The position numbers and the translations under genes were made by a program. From an uncultured Oscillospiraceae bacterium (GTDB lineage Bacteria > Bacillota > Clostridia > Oscillospirales > Ruminococcaceae): a stretch of DNA of 64,000 nt. The notes under the pieces are model-generated. The model was not told where the DNA came from, did no database searches, and worked only from the letters and a program-made list of their open reading frames with translations. The stretch is from assembly GCA_964433495.1 (NCBI GenBank), contig CAYSRC010000003.1, positions 10,054 to 74,053 of the forward strand, written 5' to 3'. Shown here in pieces: positions 1 to 9,227 of this stretch (within the stretch, counting starts at the first letter, position 1; every line of letters begins with the position of its first letter).

Positions 1-501
1 TCGGCTGTGTCGCCCCTCAACGAGGGAGCATATGCCTCACTTGTCACAGGTCTCAAAAAGACGGTCATGTGGGTCGTCGGGATAAGCACAACGGTGTTTT
101 TGGGGTTCACGGGGCTCAAGACGTCCCTTGCGGCGTCGGGTGAGAGCCTCTCGATGCGCACGGCAAGCTTTGTGGTGAGCTCATCGGTGCCCATTGTGGG
201 TGCGTCGGTGAACGAGGCCGTGTCAACGGTGCACGGCAGCCTTGCGGTCGTGCGGGCGGGTCTCGGCGCGGCCGGCATAATCGGCCTGTGCGCAATGTAT
301 CTGCCCGCGATTGCGGGAAGCGTCGTCGCCTCGGCGGGCGTCTCGCTGTGCTGTGTTTCGGCGGACATCCTGGGCCTCAATGCCGCCGCAAAGGGCATGT
401 CGATGATGAAGTGTGCCATCGATATCGTCACCGCACTCATGGCCTTCGGGTTTATCGCGCTGACCGCCTGCACCGCCATGATGCTGGGACTCGGGGGATA
501 G
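1..501 (+). CDS. spoIIIAE: stage III sporulation protein AE, C-terminal part (5' end outside window)
   Basis: Frame is open from base 1. Small-residue-rich polytopic membrane protein (..SSSVPIVGASVNEAVSTVHGSL..). Lies directly upstream of AF/AG/AH-like genes in canonical spoIIIA order. Confidence 0.7.
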   Translation, partial: SAVSPLNEGAYASLVTGLKKTVMWVVGISTTVFLGFTGLKTSLAASGESLSMRTASFVVSSSVPIVGASVNEAVSTVHGSLAVVRAGLGAAGIIGLCAMYLPAIAGSVVASAGVSLCCVSADILGLNAAAKGMSMMKCAIDIVTALMAFGFIALTACTAMMLGLGG

Positions 502-538
502 GCGACGGCCCAAAGCGTGAAAGGGGGATGAAAAAGCT

Positions 539-1033
539 ATGGCCGAACACATTGCGACGCTGGGCACAGCTCTGTGCACCGCGGCGGTGGCGACGGCGCT
601 GCTCGGCTTTGTATCGGGCGGGGCGGGGGGCGCAAGGATGCTCAAAGTCGCGAGCGGGGTCTACGCGATTTTGATCGTGCTCACCGGGGTGTCGGGTGTC
701 GTCCGTGATTCGGGACTGCCGCGCGAGCTGGAGGAGGCGCTCAACGCGGGCAGCGTGTCGTACGCCGATGCGTACTCGGCGCCCGCCGACGACCTGCTTC
801 GGTGCAGCGAAGAGGTGCTTGACGAAAAGCTCGAGCGTGCGCTCGGGGAGAGCGGGATAAGCGCGTCGGTCGACAGCAGTCTGTCGGTGACGGCCGAGGG
901 CGAGGTCGCCCTCGACGGTGTTGTCATCCTGCTCGCGCACGGGGACGACGCACCCGCCGCTTCGGCCGAGATCGAGCGGCTGTGCGGCGTCCGGCCCGCA
1001 CTGTATACGGCGGAGGGACGTTCCGATGATTGA
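539..1033 (+). CDS. spoIIIAF: stage III sporulation protein AF
   Basis: 164 aa with two N-terminal TM helices followed by an acidic soluble domain. Positioned between AE and AG, and overlaps the next gene by 8 nt. Confidence 0.6.
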   Translation: MAEHIATLGTALCTAAVATALLGFVSGGAGGARMLKVASGVYAILIVLTGVSGVVRDSGLPRELEEALNAGSVSYADAYSAPADDLLRCSEEVLDEKLERALGESGISASVDSSLSVTAEGEVALDGVVILLAHGDDAPAASAEIERLCGVRPALYTAEGRSDD

Positions 1034-1589
1034 CAAGGTAAAGTCCTTTACGGCGCTGTTCGACCTCTTCAAGAACAACAAAAAGGCGGCGCTTGCCGCG
1101 GGGGCCTTTTTGCTGGGGCTTGCGCTGCTGCTGTTTTCGTCGCAGAAGGGGACGAAGCAGCAGGAGTCCCCGGACGTCCCGTCGGGACAGGAGACGGCGG
1201 AGGCATACACCGAGCGATATGCCGCGGAGCTCAACGCGCGGCTGTCCGAGATTATCTCCCACATCAGGGGCGCGGGCAAAACCGAGGTGTTTGTGACGCT
1301 CGAGTCGGGTGCGAGGTATGTTTACGCCCAGAGCAGCTCGCGGCGGACCGACTCGGAATACGGCTCGCGGGTGTCCGAGAGCGAGTCGAGCGACACCGAG
1401 CTCGCGGTGATCGATTCAAAGGACGGCGAGCAGCCGATCATCCTTTACCGCTGCGAGCCGGTCGTGCAGGGGGTGGTGGTCGTGTGCGAGGGCGCGGGGG
1501 ATATCTCGGTTCGCACCGCGGTGGTCGAAGCTGTGACGACAGCGTGCGGGATAGGGGCGAACAGGGTCAGCGTTCTTGAGATGTCATAA
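1026..1589 (+). CDS. spoIIIAG: stage III sporulation protein AG
   Basis: ATG at 1026 inside the longer track ORF 918..1589. N-terminal TM helix. C-terminus ..PVVQGVVVVCEGAGDISVRTAVVEAVTTACGIGANRVSV.. is typical of SpoIIIAG. Confidence 0.75.
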   Translation: MIDKVKSFTALFDLFKNNKKAALAAGAFLLGLALLLFSSQKGTKQQESPDVPSGQETAEAYTERYAAELNARLSEIISHIRGAGKTEVFVTLESGARYVYAQSSSRRTDSEYGSRVSESESSDTELAVIDSKDGEQPIILYRCEPVVQGVVVVCEGAGDISVRTAVVEAVTTACGIGANRVSVLEMS

Positions 1590-1622
1590 TTCCGTCCCTT
1601 ATAAAATATACAATATTAAGGG

Positions 1623-2246
1623 GTGATTATCTTGAAAATTGACAAGAGCATAGCAAAAAAACAGATGACTTTTGTGGCGCTTGCCGTGGCGCTGGGGCTC
1701 GCGGTATATCTCAACTATCGGCTGTCGACGGGCGAAACGGCGCAGACGCCCGTGCAGGCGCCCGTACAGGAGGAGATTTTGAGCGCGAACGCAAGCGTCG
1801 CGGGCGTGGGCGTGTCGGATGAGCAGGCGGACGACGGCGTCAGGTACTACGGCGAGGCGATGTTTGTCTCGAGCGACACCGAGGCGTACAGGGACGACTA
1901 TTTTTCCGACGCGCGGCTCAAGCGCTCGCAGGCGCGGGACGAGGCGCTCGACACCTTGAAAAAATCGCTTCAAAACGCCGAGCTCACCGAGGCAGAGAAA
2001 AAGGCGCTGACCGACAGCCTCAGCGCGACCGTGTCGGCAATCTCGCTTGAAACCACCGTCGAAAGCCTCATAAAGTCAAAGGGCTTTGAGGACTGCATGG
2101 CCTATATCAGCGAGAGCGGCGTCAAGATCGTCGTCGCGGTGGGTGCGGACGGCCTCAGCGCCGCCGAAGCGGCGCAGATAAAGGAGATCGTGATAACCCA
2201 GTGCTCGGTCAGCGCGTCCGAGATAACGGTCGTTGAGATGAAATAG
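1623..2246 (+). CDS. spoIIIAH: stage III sporulation protein AH
   Basis: Signal-anchor TM followed by an Ala/Glu-rich domain. Last gene of the operon, followed by a terminator. Start is ambiguous: GTG 1623, or TTG 1632 which is better spaced from AAGGGG. Confidence 0.65.
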   Translation: MIILKIDKSIAKKQMTFVALAVALGLAVYLNYRLSTGETAQTPVQAPVQEEILSANASVAGVGVSDEQADDGVRYYGEAMFVSSDTEAYRDDYFSDARLKRSQARDEALDTLKKSLQNAELTEAEKKALTDSLSATVSAISLETTVESLIKSKGFEDCMAYISESGVKIVVAVGADGLSAAEAAQIKEIVITQCSVSASEITVVEMK

Positions 2247-2268
2247 TTGTATATTTTTCGGATAAATG

Positions 2269-2307
2269 GTATAATAGCCGCAGAGCGGCTATTATACTTT
2301 TGTTTTG
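2269..2307 (+). terminator. rho-independent terminator after the spoIIIA operon
   Basis: 13-bp stem GTATAATAGCCGC / GCGGCTATTATAC with a 4-nt loop, followed by TTTTGTTTTG. Confidence 0.7.
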
Positions 2308-2523
2308 CGCGTTTTGCGCGGCAGCGCTCGCGGACGCGCGCGACGGGCTTGTTTTGTGAAAGATTTGAGAACAGGCTCGCGACGCCCCGCATCCTTTTTA
2401 TTTTATAAAACTATATTGCATCGCTCCTGCGCGCCGATTTGTGCGGCAGGCGGGCCGGGTTTTTGTGGGCGGCCCTTTCTCGTGTTTGCGGGCGCGGCGA
2501 GGGCGGTGAGCTCATGGGAGGGT

Positions 2524-2898
2524 ATGTTATCCATGGATTTTGACAACACCGACAACGGCACGGTCAGGATATCGCGCGACGTTATCGCGTCGGTCGCGCG
2601 GTTTGCGACGCTCGAGATAAACGGCGTCGACAGCGTTGCGTCCTCGGTCCCGGGGGTCAGAAGCTTTGCGAGGGCAAGGCGCTCGCGCCCCATCACCGTC
2701 GACATCACCGACGGCGTCGTCTCGGTGACGATAAACGTCATCGTGAAGCTCGACGTCAAGATACCCGAGATCTCCGCTGCCGTTCAAAGCAATGTCAAGA
2801 GCGCCATCCAGAGCATGACGGGTCTTGCGGTTTCCCGCGTCGACATTGTCGTTGCGGGCATCTCGCTCAAGAAGGAAGACGGCGGCGCGCAGGAATAG
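2524..2898 (+). CDS. Asp23/Gls24-family alkaline shock protein (B. subtilis yqhY position)
   Basis: ATG 2524 inside track ORF 2305..2898. Sequence ..VRISRDVIASVARFATLEINGV.. and ..VDIVVAGI.. is typical of Asp23. Syntenic with spoIIIA-yqhY-nusB. Confidence 0.8.
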   Translation: MLSMDFDNTDNGTVRISRDVIASVARFATLEINGVDSVASSVPGVRSFARARRSRPITVDITDGVVSVTINVIVKLDVKIPEISAAVQSNVKSAIQSMTGLAVSRVDIVVAGISLKKEDGGAQE

Positions 2899-2990
2899 TC
2901 TATCCCATAACACCACTTGAGCCCAGCCGCCTTTGAGGGCGGGTGGGCTGTTTTATACAGGTCGCCCAAATAAACGACGGGGAGTACACC

Positions 2991-3401
2991 ATGACACGAA
3001 GCGAATCGAGAAAAACCGCATTTTCACTGCTCTTTCAGCAGCCCTTCAACCCGCTTTCCGCCGAGGAGGTGATCGAGCTTGCCCGGGACGAAAGCGGGAT
3101 CGAGACGGACGAGTTCTGCGCCGAGCTGCTGCACGCCTGCTTTGACAACCTCGAGACGGTGGACGGTGAGATCATAAAGAACCTCAAAAAGGGGTGGACG
3201 CTCAGCCGCATCCCGCGGGTGTCGCTTGCGGTTTTGCGCCTCAGCTGCGCGCAGCTTATGTTCGTGCGCGACATCCCCTCAAGCGTTGTCATCAACGAGG
3301 CCGTCGAGCTCGCAAAGCAGTTCGGCGGCGACGACGAGCCGTCGTTTGTCAACGGCCTTCTCAGGAGCGTCTACACCGAGCACAGGGGCGATGAAAATTG
3401 A
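2991..3401 (+). CDS. nusB: transcription antitermination factor NusB
   Basis: MTRSESRKTAFSLLFQ.. at the N-terminus and ..INEAVELAKQFGGDDEPSFVNGLLRSV at the C-terminus. ATG 2991 preceded by GGGGAG. Confidence 0.85.
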   Translation: MTRSESRKTAFSLLFQQPFNPLSAEEVIELARDESGIETDEFCAELLHACFDNLETVDGEIIKNLKKGWTLSRIPRVSLAVLRLSCAQLMFVRDIPSSVVINEAVELAKQFGGDDEPSFVNGLLRSVYTEHRGDEN

Positions 3402-4339
3402 CGGCTCTCGGCATCGACACCAGCAACTATGCCACAAGCGCCGCGTTGTTTGACGGCAAGACCGTCGTCGCGCACGTCAAGCGCTTTCTGCCGGTTAAGG
3501 ACGGGGCGCTGGGCATTCGGCAAAGCGACGCGGTGTTTTACCACACAAAAGCGCTGCCCGAGGTGATCGACGAGCTGTTTTGCTCCGCGCCCGCGGGTGT
3601 TTGCGTCGACTGCGTCGGCTATTCCTCCCGCCCGCGCAGCGTCGACGGCTCCTACATGCCCTGTTTCCTGGCGGGACAGAGCGTCGCCGAGAGCGCGGCG
3701 AGGATGCTCGGGGTAAAGGCTTATGCCTTTTCACACCAACAGGGCCACATCGCCGCGGCGCTCTACGGCTGCGGGCTGTACGACAGCGACGACCTCTCGT
3801 TCTGCGCGTTTCATGTCTCGGGCGGCACGACCGACCTGTGCCGGTGCCGCTACGGCGCGGACGGGCTCGAGGTCGAGACGGTCGCGTCGTCGCTCGACCT
3901 CTACGCGGGACAGGCTGTCGACCGCGTCGGGGCGATGCTCGGTCTGCCGTTCCCTGCGGGGGAAAAGCTGAGCGAGCTCGCGCTCGGTGCAAAAGAGGAC
4001 GGTTTTTTAAAGCCGGTGCTCAAGGGCGGGGACTGCTGCCTGTCGGGCCTCGAAAACGTCTGCCGCAGGATGGCGGACGAGGGACGCCCGCCCGAGGAGG
4101 TCGCACGCTTTTGTCTTCTCTCGGTCGGCGAGACGGTCGCGGCCATGGCAGAGCACGAGCTTGTAAGGGGCGGCGAAACGCCGCTGATTTTTGCGGGCGG
4201 CGTGATGTCGAGTGCGGTGCTGCGCCCCCTGCTCGCGCGCAGGTTCCCCGCCGCGCGGTTTTGCAGCCCGGCGTGGCTGTCGGCCGACAACGCGCTCGGC
4301 GCGGCCGCGCTCGCGCTGCGAAGGGAGGCGGCGTCATGA
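3398..4339 (+). CDS. TsaD/Kae1 (peptidase M22)-like paralog, function unknown
   Basis: N-terminal LGIDTSNYATSAAL and an HxxGH motif (SHQQGHIAAAL), both ASKHA/Kae1-like. TTG start overlaps the nusB stop (TTGA). 313 aa. Confidence 0.6.
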   Translation: MTALGIDTSNYATSAALFDGKTVVAHVKRFLPVKDGALGIRQSDAVFYHTKALPEVIDELFCSAPAGVCVDCVGYSSRPRSVDGSYMPCFLAGQSVAESAARMLGVKAYAFSHQQGHIAAALYGCGLYDSDDLSFCAFHVSGGTTDLCRCRYGADGLEVETVASSLDLYAGQAVDRVGAMLGLPFPAGEKLSELALGAKEDGFLKPVLKGGDCCLSGLENVCRRMADEGRPPEEVARFCLLSVGETVAAMAEHELVRGGETPLIFAGGVMSSAVLRPLLARRFPAARFCSPAWLSADNALGAAALALRREAAS

Positions 4340-5496
4340 GGGAGACGGTCAGCGTTTCTGCGCTCAACGGTTATGTCAAGCAGCTGCTTCAAAGCGACGA
4401 CGCCCTCTCGTCGATTTGGATAGAGGGCGAGATATCGGGCTTTAAGCACTATCAGCCGTCGGGCCACATGTATTTCACCCTCAAGGATGAAAGGGCGTCG
4501 GTCAGGGCGGTGATGTTCAAGACCTACGCCTCAAGGATACGGTTTATCCCCGAGGACGGCATGAAGATCGCCGCGCCCTGCAGTGTTTCGCTGTACGAAA
4601 AGGACGGCAGCTTCAGGCTGTATCTTTACGACATGTTCCCCGTGGGGGTGGGAAGCGCCCAAAAGGAGCTCGACGCGCTCAAGGACAGGCTGGCGGCAGA
4701 GGGGCTTTTTTCGGCGCAGCGAAAGCGCCCGCTTCCCAAGAATCCCTCCGTCATCGCGGTGATAACCTCGTCGTCGGGCGCGGTTATCCACGACATCGTC
4801 AATGTCGCGGGGCGCAGGAACCCCTTTGTCAAGCTCGTTTTGTACCCCGTGAGCGTCCAGGGCGTCTTCGCGGCAGAGTCGATCAAGCGGGCGCTTGCCG
4901 CCCTCAACGGCAGGGACGACGTCGACCTCGCCATCGTGGCGCGCGGCGGCGGCAGCCGCGAGGATCTCTGGTATTTTAACGACGAGGGCATCGTGCGGGC
5001 GGCTTCGTCGCTCAAGGTTCCGCTCATCTCGGCGGTCGGCCACGAGGTGGACACGACGCTCATCGACCTCATCGCGGACATGCGCGCGCCCACCCCGTCG
5101 GCCGCGGCAGAGCTCGCCGTGCCGTGCGCGGGCGACATGTTGGAGGGCGCAAGGGCGCGTTTTGCCGACGGCGCGCAGAGGCTCAGGGACGCGGTCGCGG
5201 GCAAGCGATCGGCGCTCGGCTCGGCAAAGGAGAGTCTGCGGCAGGGCGTGCTTGCGGCGATTTCGGGCAAGCGTGAAAAGCTGCGGGTGTCGGCGTCGCT
5301 TTTGCGGATGCTCGACCCCGTGGGGGTGATCTCGCGCGGGTACGCCGCCGTCAAAAAGGGCGGCAAAATCGTCTGCTCCGCCAATGAGATCTCGCCGGGC
5401 GACGACATCACGGTGCTTCTTCGGGACGGCGCCGTCGAGGCGAAAACGGTTGAGGTGAAAAAGAATGGGTCAAACCGATCAAAAGATAAGTTATGA
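4336..5496 (+). CDS. xseA: exodeoxyribonuclease VII large subunit
   Basis: ATG 4336 (ATGA overlap with the previous gene). OB-fold N-terminus ..SIWIEGEISGFKHYQPSGHMYFTLKD... The upstream part of track ORF 3580..5496 is an out-of-gene extension. Confidence 0.9.
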   Translation: MRETVSVSALNGYVKQLLQSDDALSSIWIEGEISGFKHYQPSGHMYFTLKDERASVRAVMFKTYASRIRFIPEDGMKIAAPCSVSLYEKDGSFRLYLYDMFPVGVGSAQKELDALKDRLAAEGLFSAQRKRPLPKNPSVIAVITSSSGAVIHDIVNVAGRRNPFVKLVLYPVSVQGVFAAESIKRALAALNGRDDVDLAIVARGGGSREDLWYFNDEGIVRAASSLKVPLISAVGHEVDTTLIDLIADMRAPTPSAAAELAVPCAGDMLEGARARFADGAQRLRDAVAGKRSALGSAKESLRQGVLAAISGKREKLRVSASLLRMLDPVGVISRGYAAVKKGGKIVCSANEISPGDDITVLLRDGAVEAKTVEVKKNGSNRSKDKL

Positions 5497-5701
5497 GGCG
5501 GCCCTTGCAAGGGTCGACGAGATCTCGGCGCTGCTCTCGGGCAACGCGGTGAGCCTTGAGGACAGCGTAAAGCTGTACGCCGAGGGCTCAGCGCTGCTCG
5601 TCAGGGCGCAGGGGCTGCTCGACGAGGCGCAGCTTGAGCTCGAAACCTTAAGCCCCGACGAGTTTAAACTAGACGATCCGAAGGGCGGTGAGGGCGAATG
5701 A
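5465..5701 (+). CDS. xseB: exodeoxyribonuclease VII small subunit
   Basis: 78 aa, ..SYEAALARVDEISALLSGNAVSLEDSVKLYAEG... GAGGTG RBS 8 nt upstream. Adjacent to xseA. Confidence 0.85.
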   Translation: MGQTDQKISYEAALARVDEISALLSGNAVSLEDSVKLYAEGSALLVRAQGLLDEAQLELETLSPDEFKLDDPKGGEGE

Positions 5702-6564
5702 GCGTTGCGGAGATAAACCGCCGCTATGCCGACACGGTCGAGAGGGCGCTCGAGCGCGAGCTCGCGGGCCCCGAGGGCTCGTCGGTGCTCGAGGCGATGC
5801 GCTACAGCGCGCTCGGCGGCGGCAAGCGGATAAGGGCGTGCCTTGCGCTCGGCGTGTGCGAGATGACAGGCGGGCGCGCCGAGGACGCGGTGAAGTACGC
5901 GTGCGCCGTCGAGATGGTGCACGCCTACTCCCTTATCCACGACGACCTCCCGTGCATGGACAACGACGACATGCGCAGGGGCAAGCCGAGCTGTCACGTC
6001 GCGTTTTCCGAGGGGACGGCGCTGCTTGCGGGCGACGCGCTGCTGACGCACGCGTTTGAAACGGCGGCGGGGGCGGGGCTTAAAAACGATCTTCGCGCCG
6101 TTGCGGTGCTCGCGGGGGCGGCGGGTATCCGCGGGATGGTCTACGGACAGGAGCTCGACACCGACCCGCGGCACACCGTGACGGGCGAGGACGAGCTCAG
6201 GCGGATTCACCTGCACAAAACGGGCGCGCTTATAAAATGCGCGGCGGTGCTCGGCGCGCTTGCCGCGGACGCGGACGATGCCTCGTGCGAGGCGGTATCG
6301 GGGTATGCCGAGGCGCTCGGCATGGTGTTTCAGATCGTCGACGACATCCTCGACGTGACCTCGACCGCCGAGGTTCTCGGCAAGCCGGTCGGCAGTGACG
6401 AGCACAACGGCAAGCTCACCTACGTCGGTCTGCTCGGCGTGGACGGCGCGCGTGGGCGGGCAGCGGAGATAACCGAGCGGGCAAAGGTGTTTTTGCGCCC
6501 GTTCGGGGACGAGGCGCGGTATCTCTGCGAGCTTGCGGACAACCTTCTAAAGAGGATGAACTGA
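5698..6564 (+). CDS. ispA: (2E,6E)-farnesyl diphosphate synthase / polyprenyl synthetase
   Basis: First Asp-rich motif DDLPCMDNDDMRRG and second motif DDILD. Canonical xseB-ispA-dxs order. Confidence 0.85.
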   Translation: MSVAEINRRYADTVERALERELAGPEGSSVLEAMRYSALGGGKRIRACLALGVCEMTGGRAEDAVKYACAVEMVHAYSLIHDDLPCMDNDDMRRGKPSCHVAFSEGTALLAGDALLTHAFETAAGAGLKNDLRAVAVLAGAAGIRGMVYGQELDTDPRHTVTGEDELRRIHLHKTGALIKCAAVLGALAADADDASCEAVSGYAEALGMVFQIVDDILDVTSTAEVLGKPVGSDEHNGKLTYVGLLGVDGARGRAAEITERAKVFLRPFGDEARYLCELADNLLKRMN

Positions 6565-6565
6565 G

Positions 6566-8440
6566 ATGGAAAGCGTCCTTGACAGGATAAACGGCCCGGA
6601 CGACGTCAAAAAGCTCGACCGCGGGCAGCTCGGGCAACTGTGCGCCGACATAAGGCGCGAGCTCATCACCGTCGTGTCGGAAAACGGCGGTCACCTCGCC
6701 TCCAACCTCGGCATGGTCGAGACAACCGTCGCCATGCACCGGGTGTTCGACTGCCCGCACGACGCGTTTGTCTTTGACGTCGGGCACCAGTGCTATACCC
6801 ACAAGCTGCTCACCGGGCGGCGGGGTGAGTTTGCGACCGTGCGGCTTGAGGGCGGGCTGTCGGGCTTCACAAGACCGTCCGAGAGCCCCTACGACCTGTT
6901 TGTCGCGGGCCACGCCTCGACGTCGGTTTCGAGCGCCATCGGGCTTGCGCGGGCAAAGCAGCTGCGGCGGGAGGACGGCAAGGTCGTCGCGGTCATCGGC
7001 GACGGATCGTTCGGCGGCGGCATGGTGTTCGAGGCGGTCAACAACATCGACGCAGGGCTGAAAAACCTGGTCGTCGTTTTAAACGACAACTCGATGTCCA
7101 TCTCAAAGTCGGTGGGCTCGGTGTCGCGGTATCTGCTGCGCCTGCGAACCGACGTCAAATATTCAAGGCTCAAGCAGAAGGTCAAAAACTGCCTCGAAAA
7201 GAGCGCTTTGGGCAAAAGGGTCGCCCAGCGCATCGAGCGCTCAAAATCGCGCCTGCGCCGCTCACTCTACGACGGCACGTTGTTTGAAGAGCTCGGCTTT
7301 AACTATGTCGGGCCCATCGACGGGCACGATCTCGACGAGCTTATAAGGATATTCTCCAATGTAAAAAATCTTGAAAAGCCGACCCTTGTCCACGTCATCA
7401 CCGTCAAGGGAAAGGGCTTCACACTTGCCGAAGAAAACCCCGGCGCCTACCACGGTGTGGGAAGCTTTGACCTCGACAAGGGCAACCCCGATATCTCGAG
7501 CGCCGACAGCTTTTCCAACACCTTCGGCAGGCGGCTGTGCGAGCTCGCGGGGCGCGACGACGACATCTGCGCGGTGACGGCGGCGATGAAGTACGCGACG
7601 GGGCTCAACTTTTTTGCAAAAAAATACCGTGAGCGCTTTTTTGACGTCGGCATCGCCGAGGAGCACGCGGTCACCTTCTGCGGCGGCCTCGCGAAGGGCG
7701 GTATGAAGCCGGTGTTCTGCGTCTACTCCACCTTTTTGCAGCGCGCGTTCGACCAGCTTGTGCACGACGTGGGCCTTGCGTCGCTGCCCGTCATGCTCGG
7801 CATCGACCGCGCGGGCCTTGTGGGCGAGGACGGCGAGACCCACCAGGGGATATACGACGTCTCGATGCTCTCGGCGGTGGGCGCCTTTACCGTGGCGTCC
7901 CCCTGCAACTACGACGAGCTTGTCTTTTGGACAGACAGATTGCTCGCGCTCGACCGCCCGCGGGCGGTGCGCTATCCACGCGGCGCACAGACCCGGAGAT
8001 GCAAAAACCATGGCTGCAGCGGCCGGGATTATGATATAATATCAGGTGACAAACCCGCCCGCGTCGCGCTTGTCACCTACGGCCGCGAGTTTGAGCAGAC
8101 GCTGTGCGCCCGCGAGATCCTCTCGCGGCGCGGCGTTGACGCGGACGTAATCAAGCTCAATTTGATTCTGCCGCTGCCCGAGGGCGTTGTCGAGACGCTC
8201 TCTGTTTACGACACCGTCCTGTTCGCGGAGGAGGGGATTGAAAACGGCGGCATCGCCGAGCTGCTGTGCGCGCGCCTGTGCGAAGCGGGCTTTGGCGGAA
8301 GAACCATCATCCGCGCAATCGACGAGCGGGCCGTCCGCCACGGCAGCGTCGAAAGCCAGCTTAAAGCCCTGGGGCTCGACGGGGCCTCGCTTGCCGATTT
8401 GATCACGGGGGAGGTTGACGCAGGTGAAGCAGAGGCTTGA
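6566..8440 (+). CDS. dxs: 1-deoxy-D-xylulose-5-phosphate synthase
   Basis: 624 aa. ThDP motif IGDGSFGGGMVFEA..NDN, and transketolase-like C-terminal domains. Confidence 0.95.
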   Translation: MESVLDRINGPDDVKKLDRGQLGQLCADIRRELITVVSENGGHLASNLGMVETTVAMHRVFDCPHDAFVFDVGHQCYTHKLLTGRRGEFATVRLEGGLSGFTRPSESPYDLFVAGHASTSVSSAIGLARAKQLRREDGKVVAVIGDGSFGGGMVFEAVNNIDAGLKNLVVVLNDNSMSISKSVGSVSRYLLRLRTDVKYSRLKQKVKNCLEKSALGKRVAQRIERSKSRLRRSLYDGTLFEELGFNYVGPIDGHDLDELIRIFSNVKNLEKPTLVHVITVKGKGFTLAEENPGAYHGVGSFDLDKGNPDISSADSFSNTFGRRLCELAGRDDDICAVTAAMKYATGLNFFAKKYRERFFDVGIAEEHAVTFCGGLAKGGMKPVFCVYSTFLQRAFDQLVHDVGLASLPVMLGIDRAGLVGEDGETHQGIYDVSMLSAVGAFTVASPCNYDELVFWTDRLLALDRPRAVRYPRGAQTRRCKNHGCSGRDYDIISGDKPARVALVTYGREFEQTLCAREILSRRGVDADVIKLNLILPLPEGVVETLSVYDTVLFAEEGIENGGIAELLCARLCEAGFGGRTIIRAIDERAVRHGSVESQLKALGLDGASLADLITGEVDAGEAEA

Positions 8441-9215
8441 CGCCGCGGTGGTTTCGCGGGGCTTAAGCGCGAGCCGCGAAAAGGCGAAGGCCTTTATCAT
8501 GGAGGGACTTGTCTTTGTCAACGGCCTGCGTGTCGACAAGGCGGGCGCGCAGGTCACCGAGGACGATGTCGTCGTGCTCAAGGGCGGCGAGGAGTTTGTG
8601 AGCAGGGGCGGCAAAAAGCTCAAAAAGGCGGTCGAGCTGTACGGCCTTTCGTTTGAGGGCATGGTGTGCGCCGACATCGGCGCCTCCACGGGCGGCTTCA
8701 CCGACTGTATGCTTCGGCACGGCGCAGAGCGGGTGTACGCGGTCGACGTCGGGTACGGCCAGCTTGCATGGAAGCTGCGAAACGACCCCCGCGTCGTCAA
8801 CCTCGAGCGGACAAACGCCCGCGCCTTAAGCGAAAACGACATCCCCGAGCCGCTCGATTTCTTTTCGGCGGACGTCGCGTTCATCTCCCTTAAGCTTGTC
8901 GTGCCCCCCGTCAGCAGGCTCGCACGGGAGGGCGCGCGGTGCGTCTGCCTTATCAAGCCGCAGTTTGAGGCGGGACGCGAAAAGGTCGGCAAAAAGGGCG
9001 TCGTGCGCGACCCCGAGGTTCACGCCGAGGTGATAAAGCGGGTCATCGGATACCTCGAGGGGGCGGACATAGGCGTAAAGGCGCTCACCTTTTCACCCAT
9101 AAAGGGCCCCGAGGGGAACATAGAGTACCTCGCGCTCGGTGAAAAGGGAAGCGGGACGAGCGGGGACATCGATATAAAACGTGTTGTGGGCGAAGCGCAT
9201 GCGGAGCTTGCATGA
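8424..9215 (+). CDS. tlyA: TlyA-family rRNA 2'-O-methyltransferase (S4 + FtsJ domains)
   Basis: ..RLDAAVVSRGLSASREKAKAFI.. (S4 domain) and SAM motif DIGASTGGFTD. GTG 8424 is 9 nt after GGAGG; the track start TTG 8415 is the alternative. Confidence 0.85.
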   Translation: MKQRLDAAVVSRGLSASREKAKAFIMEGLVFVNGLRVDKAGAQVTEDDVVVLKGGEEFVSRGGKKLKKAVELYGLSFEGMVCADIGASTGGFTDCMLRHGAERVYAVDVGYGQLAWKLRNDPRVVNLERTNARALSENDIPEPLDFFSADVAFISLKLVVPPVSRLAREGARCVCLIKPQFEAGREKVGKKGVVRDPEVHAEVIKRVIGYLEGADIGVKALTFSPIKGPEGNIEYLALGEKGSGTSGDIDIKRVVGEAHAELA

Positions 9216-9227
9216 AAGGTGAGATAA

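Noticed and set aside
3580-4335. 5' extension of the xseA ORF (track ORF 3580..5496)
   Set aside because: The extension overlaps the TsaD-like gene in another frame and is Arg-rich nonsense. The XseA OB-fold begins at the ATG at 4336, which overlaps the upstream stop (ATGA).
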